Part shown: positions 15,078 through 27,197 of the stretch, in pieces
How the letters are laid out: each line of letters opens with the position of its first letter
Position numbering within the stretch: the first letter of the stretch is position 1
Position numbers and translations under genes: made by a program
The notes under the pieces: model-generated
Seen by the model: the letters and a program-made list of their open reading frames with translations, nothing else
What the model was told of the DNA's origin: nothing
The model's database searches: none
Assembly (NCBI RefSeq): GCF_009914755.1
Contig: NC_060929.1
Reading direction: 5' to 3' (one strand)
DNA from: the human T2T-CHM13v2.0 reference genome, Homo sapiens
Length of the DNA: 64,000 nt

Positions 15078-15416
15078 AAGAATTAAACATTGAATGACTG
15101 AGGTTTGAACTTACTGGTGTCCAAATTTCCTATTCTCCCTCTTTTTTTTTTTACTTTCTCCTGTGCTTTACTTACTCTGCTTCCCTTTCCACCTTTCATT
15201 TTCACATTTAAAACTGTCTTAGGTTATAGTTTTCTGAGAGTGAGTACTTTGGAGAAAAGATGATATAAAAGTCTTAATTAGAAGCCACATCTAAACAAAA
15301 ATTTGCAATAAAAAGCAAAGATTTTCCAATAAGTTCAAGTGGATTATTCCAGAAAATTTAGAATGAGTGGGGAAACATTCCCTTTTGCTTACATTCTTGC
15401 AGTCCTTCTGTTTATT

Positions 15417-15509
15417 CAGTGGTTCTCATAGGGTGGTTTTAGGACTAGCAGCAATGTCTGGGAACTTGTAAGAAATGCTGATGCTCTGGCCCCACCCCAG
15501 AGCTGCTGA
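15417..15509. mobile_element. MER5A half copy, locally duplicated from 14561
   Basis: 7 mismatches in 93 nt relative to 14561-14653. Confidence 0.85.
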
Positions 15510-15930
15510 GATAGGTTTTCAGAGACAGGATTTCAATCAATGTGGAGAGACACATTTCCTTGGAGCTGAATTCACTTCAAACCATCCCAGGAATACTTAC
15601 TGCTTGGTAAATTTCAGCATTTACTGCAGGTGTCAGCTCCCTATGGTGTAGAAAGCTGCTCTGAATTTCTGCCAATAATTTTTTAGCTTTTCTATTACCT
15701 CAGCCTTAGGTGATAGTCAGACAAGCTCTAAGCAAGGCAAAGGTCTCACAAATGTGCAGCAAAGATGCCCCAAACCAGCAGTTGTCCTTAATAGGCAGCC
15801 TGACCTTTCTTCATGTCTGAGCACTTTCTCATCAATCCTAACAATTTATTCACTTGTGAGAGAGATATATAGTACACATAAATATATGTGTATATGTGGG
15901 TATGTATGTGTACATAATGTGTATATATAT

Positions 15931-16093
15931 GCTATATATATGTATATCTGGATACATATATATATGCTATATATATGTATATCTGGATACATATATATAT
16001 GCTATATATATGTATATCTGGATACATATATATGCTATATATATGTATATCTGGATACATATATATATGCTATATATATGTATATCTGGATAC

Positions 16094-16132
<39 letters not shown>
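15931..16132. repeat. TA-rich minisatellite, 5 x ~35 bp (gctatatatatgtatatctggatacatatatatat), ending in (TA)n(GA)n
   Basis: Units start at 15931, 15966, 16001, 16034 and 16069. Confidence 0.95.
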
Positions 16133-16133
<1 letters not shown>

Positions 16134-17327
16134 GGCTGAGCGAGAAGAATTTCAATAGCTCAAAAGGCTGTGCTATTGAAAGGTTTTTAGGTTTTTTTTA
16201 ATCCACTGTAGTGAGTGCATCACAGATATAAGGGTGAACCTTGAAACAAATTTCATAATATCTGTGTATAATACCTACTTGCTTTTAATATATACAAAAA
16301 CAAGACAGTGGAACTAAATATATGACCACAACATACACGTACACATTTTCCTTTGTAAATACAACATTGTGGTAGGTATTTCCTCATGTAAGAGGAGCAA
16401 AACACATCAGAGTTGCATTCTATAATGTATAAAGACCACTTCAGTCTCTCCCCAAATTAGATGTCTTTGGGGAAAGGGAAGGAGATACCAGAATTTAGAA
16501 AATAGATCTTCCAAGTCTTAAATAAAGAACACTATGAAGATCTTTCTTTCCCATAAATATCTTCATAGTTTTGGTGACTCTGTTTTAGGGAAGCATTGAA
16601 TTCCAGGTGAATTTGAGTTTCAGAAAGTGTATTCAGAGTCCAAAGAGACACTGAAAGGTAAAATTCTTTACCCCTCAGAATTTGCTATATCTTTGCCATA
16701 TCCAACTAGGTTAAGTACATTGATCAATTCATGGTTAAAGAAGTAAGAGTCCTAAAAATGATGAGAAAATTAGTTATTTCTTTCTGCTCCAAATATTTCA
16801 TGGTTTATCTCTGAGATGTTCTCCTGAAAACTGAGGCTAATGTTTAGTATCTAACACTGTTTTCAGTTTCTTAACTATTGGGAGCAAGTTAACTTTAAAA
16901 GAAAGATATCCTCTTTTTAACTCTCATAATGTTGACATCCAGATTATAGTAAATTATTTTTCACTATGGAAAGGACAATTATAGCCCTGTTTTTCTCCAT
17001 GTTAACAGAATATGAGCTTTAAGAAAGGATTTTAATCTCTGGAGACTGGGAGGGTGGACTGTGTTTGATTCATTTGATATGCCCAGCGGAGGCACCTGTT
17101 TTCTTCTCTGGCTTGGACTTGCTACTCTAGCTCTATCTAAATATATAACATAGTGCAACATTCCAAGGAACACTGTCAACCTTGGTGGGTGATACTAATT
17201 TACAAATAAGTATGACACATTAGAGCCTTTGGGAAGGGGAGGAGAAGCCCAGGCACTTAGATGACACTTTATGTAAGAGGACTGGAAAGCCAGAATCTAT
17301 TTTTGCTCTCAACAGTTTCCTGAGCAT

Positions 17328-17973
17328 TGTAAACCAAAAAGTATCTGAGACACATCTCAGTCAATGTAGAAATTTATTTTGCCAAGATTAAGTACATGCC
17401 CATGACACAGCCTCAGGAGGTCCTGAGAACATGTGCCCAAGGTGGTCAGGCTACAACTTGGTTTTATACGTGTAGGAAGACATAAGACATTAATCGATAC
17501 ACATAAGATGTATATCGGTTTGGTCTGGAAAAGCGGGACAACTGGAAGCGGGGCTTCTAAGTCATAGGCAGATTCAAAGATTTTCTGATTGGCAGTTGCT
17601 TGAGTTATTATCTAAAGACCGGGAAGCAACAGAAAGAAATGTCTGGGTTATTATGATAGGGGGTTATGGAGACCAAGGTTTTATCATGTAGATGAAGCCT
17701 CCAGGTAGCAGACTTCAGCAAAAATAGATTATAAATGCTTCTTATCGGACGGAAGGAGTCTGTTTTATCAGTCTTAAGGTCTCTGTGTTGATGTTAACTC
17801 CAGTCAGCTTTGTCTAAATTCCAAAAGGGAGGAGGATATAATGAAGAATGTTCAACTGCCTCTTCCCAACATGGCCTGAACTAGCTTTTCAAGTTAACTT
17901 TGGAATGCAGTTGGCTGAGAGGAGGGGGCCATTCAGGTGGTTGGGGGGTTTACAATTTTATTTTTGGTTTACA
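17328..17973 (-). mobile_element. MER4A-type ERV1 solo LTR
   Basis: TG...CA ends with a 13-bp terminal inverted repeat tgtaaaccaaaaa; 4-bp TSD GCAT at 17324-17327 and 17974-17977. Confidence 0.9.
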
Positions 17974-18639
17974 GCATCTAGGCTCAGTAATCAGGAAAAA
18001 CAAGCCCTCTTCTACGAATCAGTTCGATTGAGGTGGGGCACATTCTTCACTTTAGCTATCTCTTCATCTAACTTCTGCTTCTGTGCCCTTTGCCAAGCTT
18101 CCATCCCCTTTAAGGTTAGGACAGGGAAAGGAGGGAACTCCTTAGCCCCACTCTGGAAGGAAAGTGCAACTAGTCTTGGCGGAGCTTAGGTACGTAACAG
18201 TCACCAATGCCAACCATCTTGTTGCCCTTAGCTCCAGTCTGACCATGTCATAACACTGCCCCAGTTGGAAAATTCTAGATTATCCCCTCATAGTCCTTTG
18301 CCTCTGGGACCCACATTGACAAGTTCTGCTTCAACAGGATATTTCTACCCACCTTCTCTTTTGCTTTGCACTTTTTTAAATAACCCAACTCTTTAAACCA
18401 GATTAGATTTACTGGTTTATTTCTACCTCTACCTGTCATCATCCTAAAAATTTCAAACCAAAACTTATTAATTCAACAGCTGGCAGTCTTCTATGAATGC
18501 CCTTGTGTACAGAAATCTATAGAAAGTGCTGGGGAAAGACTCAATAGGAAATAGTTGAAACATGAAGAGACATGAAGTCAATGAATGAAGGTGTGATAAT
18601 GATCCAATGTAAAGGAAAATAGTTAATAATAGCTATTTT

Positions 18640-18850
18640 AACTAAACGCTTCCTCTATGCTAGACAGTAAGCTACTCACCATAGCTAAATGTTTTTCATA
18701 GATTATTTCATGTAATCCTCACCTGGGCTAAGTTTTATTAAACTCTATTTTACAGACAGCTTAGCAAGCTTCAGTTACATGTTCAAAGTCACAGAACTGG
18801 CAAATAGCAGAGGCAGGTTTAGAAAAGAAGCCAACCTTACTCATAAGCAT
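18640..18850 (-). mobile_element. MIR
   Basis: 'attatttcatgtaatcctcac...tattttacaga...ttcaaagtcacagaactgg'. Confidence 0.65.
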
Positions 18851-18923
18851 GGGTTCTTTCAAATAAGGTATATACGTTTCCCAACTGAAAGATTGCCTCT
18901 AAGCAGTTTCAATTCAATTTTAA

Positions 18924-19141
18924 GCAGTGGTTCTCAGCCTTGAACTCTTTTGCCTCCCACCCCAGGGAACATTTGGTCATAGCTGGGGATATACTTGGTT
19001 GCCACAAATTGTCATACAGTGCTACTGGCATCTGATGAATTGAGGGATGCTACTAAACATTCCACAGTGCTCAGGACAGTACCCCACAACCAAGAATCAT
19101 CTGGTCCAAAATGCCAACAGTGCTGAGGTTGAGAAATCCTG
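18924..19141. mobile_element. MER20 hAT element, ~90 bp upstream of the last exon
   Basis: cagtggttctca...ccagggaacatttgg...gtgctactggcatct...tgctgaggttgagaaatcctg. Confidence 0.85.
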
Positions 19142-19178
19142 ATTAGGAGGATGGTGGATTTTTAAAGCCACTTCCTAA

Positions 19179-19325
<147 letters not shown>

Positions 19326-20800
19326 GTGGCTCCTCCTGGAAACCCACTGAGAACATCTGAAAAAAAATCACAAAACCCGAGGACCTCCAGACAGCTGAAC
19401 CACACAGTTATTGGTTTTTGACTATGTTTTCTATGCTTCCTTATTACTTTTATCTGCCTCCCCCTGCCCTTTTAAATGATTTTACACTTGAAAGCAGCTG
19501 CCGTCAAGAAAAAAAAGAACAGATTCAAAAACCAGGCTGTTTTTAAAAGGGAATTTTAAAGCTGACATTGTGCATGTCTGCTCCAAACCACGCCATGACA
19601 GATGCAAGAATTATGATTTTTAAATTATTTAAAGGTTTTTTAAATGTATTATACAGAGGAAAAATATTTCACATATAATAGTATATCTATAGCTCTTGCT
19701 GATCTCATGTTAAAATTTATCGTATATGAAAGAAGTCTTTAAACATAGAAATCTATTTAAAACTGAAAAACTGTGTTCAAAAATCCAATCTATCAATATC
19801 ATTAGAAATAATATTATAAGCAAACATATACCACCTCACCTATTGCTTTCTCTGCACTCATTTACATTTAGTCTTCCATTCTGTCAGAATCTAAGAGCTT
19901 CAACATAAAAGTATCTTAATTTATAAAGCAACAAAAACCACATATGAAAAGTACTAAAATTTTGTAAATACACAATAATCCTAATACCTTCGTACAAATG
20001 CATATGGGCAACTAATTTCTTTTTGATCCAATGATGTCTTTTTCAGCTTCTTGGAGAATGAAGTAATCCAGTTAGGAAATGGTGTAGTAACATATACAAT
20101 TGCCCTCAAATGTAAAATCAAATATTATTACATTTTGTTCTAATTGAAATCTGAAGCATGGTGTCTGCACATCAGCATAGTGTTAAATCTTATAGGGCAT
20201 GCTGGAATTAGCTCAGATTATAAAAATATTTAACATTTTACATTGTTAATAAAGTTTTTTAGTTAAGCTAAGCTTGTCTCATTTTAGATGACTATGCAGA
20301 TAAGATTTTTCCAACGTGTACTTGGTGTCTTGTCTTATGCTTAGACTCTTGAAAGCAGGACACATTAAGCAATACTATATTTTAGAAAGGAGGAAGCCAC
20401 ATGCTTTGTTTTTCTGCTCACAGCTTTGTTGTGATCTTCCTTCACTAAACTTGTAACATGGTACAAATTTTGTTATACCGTCTCCTGTTCTTCCTTTGGC
20501 CCATTTCCCAGACAGAATTTCCCATGGGTTGAGAGATCAAGTCTTTGCACTTTTTTTCTTGTTTTCCATAGTCTGAAAAACCTTCAAGTCAGACAGGAGG
20601 CACCAGTGTCCAGTACAATAGAAGGATGAGCTAGATGCCGATAAGTGGTTTATCCAAGACATATCTTTAGTCCCAACCCTGTTCTTTACCAATACTTATG
20701 TGCACAGGCATTTATATGTATACCAATATTTTTACCTAAAAACTAAATATATTAAGGCCTTTTGCTTTAGTGAAGATGAACTACTGTAATAATTATTGTA

Positions 20801-20878
20801 TTAGGTTGAATTATATGAAATTTCCTATATTTGACTGTTTTGACCTACAAAATGGCAATTTCTTATAGTTCACCCTAA
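20801..20878. mobile_element. Mariner-type MITE (MADE2-like) in the 3' UTR
   Basis: 78 bp flanked by TA on both sides; arms including the TA match 21/24 as an inverted repeat. The family name is from memory. Confidence 0.75.
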
Positions 20879-22156
20879 TATCCAATGTGGAAATTATACT
20901 TGGAATTGTCTTCTAGCTCTTTTGATTGAAAGTGAAAGAATTAAAGGGTTGGAAGAGAACGTTATACAGGTCTCTATTTAGATCATACCAGCTGGTTTTT
21001 GGCCTTATTCTTTGAATCTAGAGTTGTGTTCCAAGGAACCAGTAATTAATGCATGGTTATAGGTATACCTGGCTTCAAAAAAAAGAAGTAGCCGTGGAAA
21101 GCTATATGAGAAAATCACAATTTTCTGAATCAAATATTTGTAAAACAATTTGGCTATTTAAAGACTCTTAGGGTAAATACTCCCTGGAAAAGCAAGCAAT
21201 CCAGACTTATCTGGTCTGCAAACCTTGATTTCAGCTTAATATCCTTTCCTGAATCTAATTCATTTTCACCCACTAAGGTCATTTCATTTAAGATCCATTG
21301 TTTTTGAAATTTTGAAGTAGCCCAGTTTGGCAGCTCTCAGCACCTGCCTCTGCCCTCTCCTATACTTCAACTATATTGAACTCTAGCTTCAATCTAGTTC
21401 CTACTAATCCATGCAAAAGTTATTAACTGATAAGCCCAATCTTGTTCAGCACGTTCTTCTAAATGCCTGACCTAAATAACTTCTGCTTGGTTAACTTGTG
21501 TTCATTCTCACCTTAGCCTCAGTGTGAAAGTAACACTTACCTTCTGTGCAATTGTCCTTTGTACAACTGAAGACTGTTAATAAATTCAGGTCTCACCTCC
21601 ATGTCTGAAAAGGCTATAGTAGCTATTCATGGAGATGGGAATTTGTCTAATTACCTAGCCAGAGTTTGCATATTTAAGGTAATATATTCAGCTACCGTAT
21701 CTTTTATTCATAGTGCCTGTTTTCCAGCCTTTGATCAGTTTTGTAGTTCCCGTGGATAAACTCCAAGATCTAAAGATCCTCTTTCAGTAGCATATACTAA
21801 AATTAAGTTTAGTGCTCAAAACCCTGGTAACCTACACTGGCCCAAGGTTACAGTAGGTAATTCACCGTCTCACATTAGACAGGCCAATGCATCCCTTAGG
21901 AGCTGCCCCACTCTCCTCTCACCTACCAAAGGATTTTCTCAGGTGTGGTTCCAAGCGATAAAGTTCTACTGTCTCGGCTTCCTGCTGGTAATTCGCTTTC
22001 AGATTAGCAATAACACTGAGCTGATCTCTAGGGTTAAGAAGAGAACATTGAACTCATTTTGTCGCATGTACCCACAGGCTTGAAACAGAAAATGATGTAA
22101 ACTTTTGTGGCATACATTCACCCATTTTCCCACCATATCTTTACTATCCTGTGTTG

Positions 22157-22252
22157 ATTTTTTTTTCAAATTACAAAGACAATACATGTTCTTTGTGGGA
22201 AATCTGAAAAATACTACCAAATAGAAAATAAAAATCACCTGAATTCCACCAC
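22157..22252 (-). mobile_element. L1ME4-like 3' end, antisense within the 3' UTR
   Basis: Reverse complement reads gtggtggaattcaggtgatttttattttc...aagaacatgtattgtctttgtaat. Confidence 0.6.
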
Positions 22253-22989
22253 GACCACATTGTTTAAAACCACATTTCTGGGTTTTAAATCAGTCAGTGG
22301 CTGGGCCCAAAGGCACTTTTGGGTAAGATAAGTGAAGAAATGCCCACAAGGCCAAGGTGTCACTTAAAAAAACAAACAAAAAAAACAAGCCAGAAAAAAA
22401 AAATTCTGTCCGCTAATGTTTTGCACGCATCTAGGAGCAGACTCACTGCAAACCTCTGGTTATGCCATTATTCAGGGGTATAAAGAAAGCTTTAGAAGTA
22501 GCATAGTCCTGATGCCTCCTCTAATGAGTTAAAGCTCTTGGGGGAAATTCTAAAATTGCCAGACCATTTTGTTTCTCTGTGCTCCTACGAAACCAGTCGG
22601 GATACTGAGTGTTTGGCAATACTGCCACCTACTGAAAGCTGAGCTTCAGAGTGAGGTGAAATAAAGACAGAATGTAAAAGCATCTACTTTGTTTTAAACA
22701 GCAAACAAATGGACCAGATTAACAATGATCCCATCTGGAATTTAAAACTCTGAAAGTGTCAACATTGAAAGGATTAAGCATATCATCCGGTCAAACTTCC
22801 CACCCTACCCACATACCCAGGCAACGTCTATCATTTCTTTGTCTTAGGAATGTCACCAAATACAAAATGCTCAACTTTCAGGTAACCATAGGTAGGATGA
22901 GAAAAAGCTGTGATACTATTGGCCTCAGGATAAATTATTAGAATTAAATATATAGACCATAATAGACCTAAGGATATAAAAGAATTGGG

Positions 22990-24730
22990 TATATTATAAA
23001 AATGACATTTCAGATCTATCAGAAAAGTTTGGATTATTAATTTATATTGGGATAGCTGGTTAGCTATTTCTTGAGAGAAATATTAGACCTATACCTCATA
23101 ATTTTTATCAGAATAAATTCCAGATGAAATAAAGATTTACATATTCAAGCACATAAATAAACATACAACAAGACTAGCAGGCAATGTGAATGGATATTTA
23201 TATAATTTTAGTGTGAAAGAAGCCTTTCTTTGAGTGACACCAAAGGAAAAAAACAGAAAGAAAGGATGGATGGAATTTGACTGATTAAAAATGCTAAACT
23301 CCTATATAGTAAAAAATAACAAACCAAATTGAGAAAACAATATATGCTACAAAAAGTATAGATCTCAAATACATATTAAGAGCTTAAACATCACTACTTT
23401 TGGGACATTTCCATGATCTACAATCCCCTTCTCAACCAAGTGTTTCCATTTCATTCTTTCCTTATTGAACGTTTTCATTATTGCTTGTTTAATTGCCTGT
23501 TTATCCCTATTAAATTGGAAGTATAAGAAGGCAGCAACCATGTCTATTTTGCTTATTGTTGTATCCATAACACCTAACACAGTGCTACACAAAGCAAATG
23601 CTGAAAACATACTTATTGAATGAGTGAATAATGAATGAATAAATGACATTTTATAATTCAAGGAGAATCAAACTTTCCAACAGAAAATTGGACCAAGAAC
23701 ACAAACTGGCAATGCACAATAAACTAAAATAACCTACTAATAATAAATATGAAAAAGTGTTTTAATATACTAGTAATAAAAAATGCAAGTTAATATGATA
23801 TATTCCTTTTTATATGTCAGAAAGGCAAACGGTATAAAGAATTAAAATTCCCAGGGACAAAAAGGAAGTACAGAAATAAACCTCTTACAGAGTCAACAGG
23901 AATGTAAATTGATTCCACCTTTCTGAAAAAATATTTTGGTAATATAGTTTTCCTGCATGCCTAGTAATTCCACTTTAGGGAAATTCTCCTTTAAATGGGT
24001 CAGAAAATAAAATGAGCTAAGATGTATTTATTCATTATTCAAAAAGTATATGCAAGAAAGGATGTTTATAGCAGCATTATTTGGATAAGCAGAAAAATGT
24101 AAATAAGCCTACTTTATAGGGTTGGTTAAATATGGTACATCCTTTCAATGGAATACTGTGTACCAGTTAAGAATAAGCACCATATGTGTATTTATTGAAA
24201 TGTACAAGCTATATTGTTAGATGAAAAAGGAAGTTATAGAGGAATATTTATAGTACGATCCCTTTTTAAAAATATATGTATGCATGTGTGCATTAAAGAG
24301 TCTGAAAGGATACTTGCCAAAGTGTAAAAGCATTTATCTCTGGGAGGTGAGATTTGGAGCAATTATATTTTCTTTTTGCATATCTGTAACTTCTAATTTT
24401 CCACAATGAGCATGTAGTGTCTGTAAAATTTTTCAGGGAATAAACAATGATGTTCACAATATATATTAAATGAAAAACACATGTTATAAAACAGTATGTA
24501 TAGTATGACACAATATTTGTAAAAAAGAAAATTATATATAAATATATCTATGTATGTATATATATGCATAAGAAAGCTAGAAGGACATACACTAAAATGT
24601 TAATAGTAGTTATGGGTAGTGGGATTATGGGTGATTATTTTTTCTTTTTGCTTTTCTGTGTTTTCTAATTTTTCTACAATGAACATGTATTACTTGTGTA
24701 ATAAAAACTAATAATAAAAGTTTTAAAAAA
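22990..24730 (+). mobile_element. Old L1M/L1ME fragments with two successive 3' ends and an L2 3' end (~23440-23645)
   Basis: L1 ORF2-end/3'UTR motifs; two copies of 'tttctacaatgaacatgta'-type termini (~24400 and ~24675); (tgaa)n L2 tail. Confidence 0.7.
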
Positions 24731-25128
24731 TGAATATGTGAGAGGGACATTTTTGACTCACTACTTGTCTTCATCCTCTTCCCCACCCTATTCCCATCCC
24801 CTCCTTGGCTTATTCTTTGTCAAAATATGGGCAGTGGGGATATGGAGAGGAAACAACAGGGCGCCAGAGCTTTTGAGAATAGAAGAGACAGAGAGACACA
24901 AAGATGGGTGAGAAGGAAAGAGAGAGAAAGGAAGGAAGGGCCTGGAAAAGAAGGTAAGAGAGAAACAAAACCTGGTAAGTGAAGTCACTAGAGGAAGGAG
25001 TAAAACAGATTTAGAAACTTTTTCACTAACAAGAGCAATGTCTTTAAATTTAGCTCAGGGTTTCTGATAGCTACAGCAAGAAAAAGAAATACATTAAGTT
25101 AAATAATTTTGTTTTCTAATAAAAGGAT

Positions 25129-25166
25129 ACACACACACACACACACACACACACATGCACACACAT
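25129..25166. repeat. (CA)n microsatellite
   Basis: Read directly from the sequence. Confidence 0.95.
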
Positions 25167-25339
25167 ACCCCTACATTCCTGGAGAGATATCTAGAAATGA
25201 AATTCTGACAGGAATGTATCCCAAGAAGGTTTTCAAGGGGCAAACTGTTGTGGTCCAGCTGGATGCCAAGGGCTGTACAGTACAGCTTGGAGTTCATAGA
25301 CTTTCATGTGAATCTCAGATGTGCTGCAACCAAGTACAT

Positions 25340-26460
25340 GCCTATGGCTAGCAGTTCCAGTATCCATTCTCTCCTTTTCTTCTTTAGTAATAGAGAACCC
25401 AAAGACACCACTAGTCACCTAAAGTAAGACTCCCATTTCCCAGGCTCCTCTGCATGTGAGTGTGGCTGTATAACTGAATTTGGCCAGAAGTGTATGAGTA
25501 GAAGTGCACAATTTCCAGGTAACATTCATTAAATAAAGGGCATGCATTTTCGTGATCTTCTTTTCTTCCCTGTGCAATGAGAACACGAGCGTGGGAACTG
25601 AAGCAACCATGCTGGATCCAGAAATGGACACCAACTGAAGATGGCAGAGGTTCCCTATGTCAACCTAAAATAATCAAAATCTAACTTAAAGAGAGTTTCT
25701 TGAAGCCCAAGTGGGAAGATGTACCACCCAGAAACACCATCTCCAAAGGAATAGAGTCAGTGTTCGAAAGTAAGGAAATTAAGATTTCATTTCTATAGGC
25801 AGAGACAGAGGAGATTTTAGCAGAATTACCTTATTCATACAAGGTTGGCACACATAGCAATTTGCTTATAGGCAGTGTTTCTTTCTGGGAAGGGTACACT
25901 TGACACATTCTTACAGAGGGTGTAATAACCATGGGTTTTCTGTCATCTGGTCTAGGCAAAGCAGGACAACAAAGGAGAAATTAATCTAAGAGTCATTAAT
26001 TAAGAAGGCAGGAGGTTTTGTTCCTGATGTTTAATTCTCTCTAGCCATTGAACCGAACTAGAAAAATAAGAAAGCAAGTTAATCTATAAAACAAGAACAG
26101 AGATTGTAACCATATTTGACTCAGATCACAGTCATATCTCTCTCAAGGCTTAAAGTATTTGGTGTTTAATTCTCTCCAGCCAATGAACTAAACAAGAAAA
26201 ATAAGAAAGCGAGTTAATCTATAATCTAAGAGCAGAGATGGTAACAATATTTAACTCAGATCACAGTCATATCTCTCTCAAGGCTGAAAGTGTTTGGGGG
26301 ATTCCAATAGCTCTTAAATTTTATTTATTTTCATATCTAGCAGCCCTGGGCCACCTACCTCCATCCTAATACCCACAAAAATAAATAAATAAAGTAATGT
26401 CTACCTTGTTTAAGGCATTATGAGGTGCATCTTTGTACAGAAGAGCCTGTTCACTAAATT
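25340..26460 (+). mobile_element. MLT1(I/J-like) MaLR LTR, split by the ERV1 LTR below
   Basis: 'ccatttcccaggctcctctgca...gaagatggcagag', resuming after the insert at 'agccctgggccacctacctc...tctaccttgtttaag'. Confidence 0.6.
25658..26335 (-). mobile_element. MER65-like ERV1 solo LTR with an internal 135-bp tandem duplication
   Basis: tgtcaacctaaaa...ttttcata ends; probable TSD ccta/tcta; duplicated segments 26028-26162 and 26163-26297. Confidence 0.7.
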
Positions 26461-26599
26461 AATTTCCATATGCCTCAGTTTCCTCATAGTAAAATGGGGA
26501 TAATAACACCAACATCATAAGAGGTTCAACCAAATAACTGTCTAATTACTTGCTTAGAACTAAAGCTCTTTTATGGAGAAAAAATCAAACAAACAAAAC

Positions 26600-27190
26600 A
26601 TTGCACGATACCGTACTGGAGAACATTGGGGAAAGGAAAATCTTTTAAAAAGTGTTTTAAATCAAACATTAATTGATTTCCATGTGGAAAAAAATGTAAA
26701 CTTGACTGCTGCCTCATGTCATACACAAAAATTAATTCCAAATTGATTACTGATATAAAGTTAAAAAGTAAAAAGTACAGAAGATAATATAGGAGAATAT
26801 CTTCACACCTGTAGAATTGTGAAATAGTTCCTAACAGGACACAAACCACTTTGGAAAACTGTTCAACAATATCTGTTATCTAGAACATTTGTGTACCCTC
26901 TGATCTAATAATTTCACTCCTAGATAGAAACCCAACAAAAACATATGTGTGTGTATTCAGACAGGTAAAAGAATATTCATAGCTACATTATTTGCAGCAG
27001 CCAAAAACAGTAAACAATTCAAAGATCCATCAATAGAAGCATGGAATGAGCAAATTTTGGTATATTCATGCAGTTGAATGCTATAGAGCAGTAAAAACAA
27101 ATAAATGAACTACATTACAGCTACTTACAACCATATGAAAGAATATAACCATAACAATGATGAGTGGACAAAAGCTAAGTGTGAAAGAAT
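26600..27190 (+). mobile_element. L1M fragments
   Basis: 'catacacaaaaattaattccaaa' and 'ccactttggaaaactg...ttcactcctag' L1 motifs. Confidence 0.65.
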
Positions 27191-27197
27191 GCATAGT

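Larger units (their letters stand above)
19326..22400 (+). other. RGS7BP: RGS7BP long 3' UTR (3' end approximate)
   Basis: Repeat-poor AT-rich sequence after the stop. AATAAA at 20248, 21579, 22227 and 22660; A-rich run at ~22366-22402; Pumilio-type TGTAAATA at 19963-19970. The end point is inferred. Confidence 0.65.

Noticed and set aside
15754-16201. Tyr/Ile-rich repetitive ORFs
   Set aside because: These are translations of the TA minisatellite.
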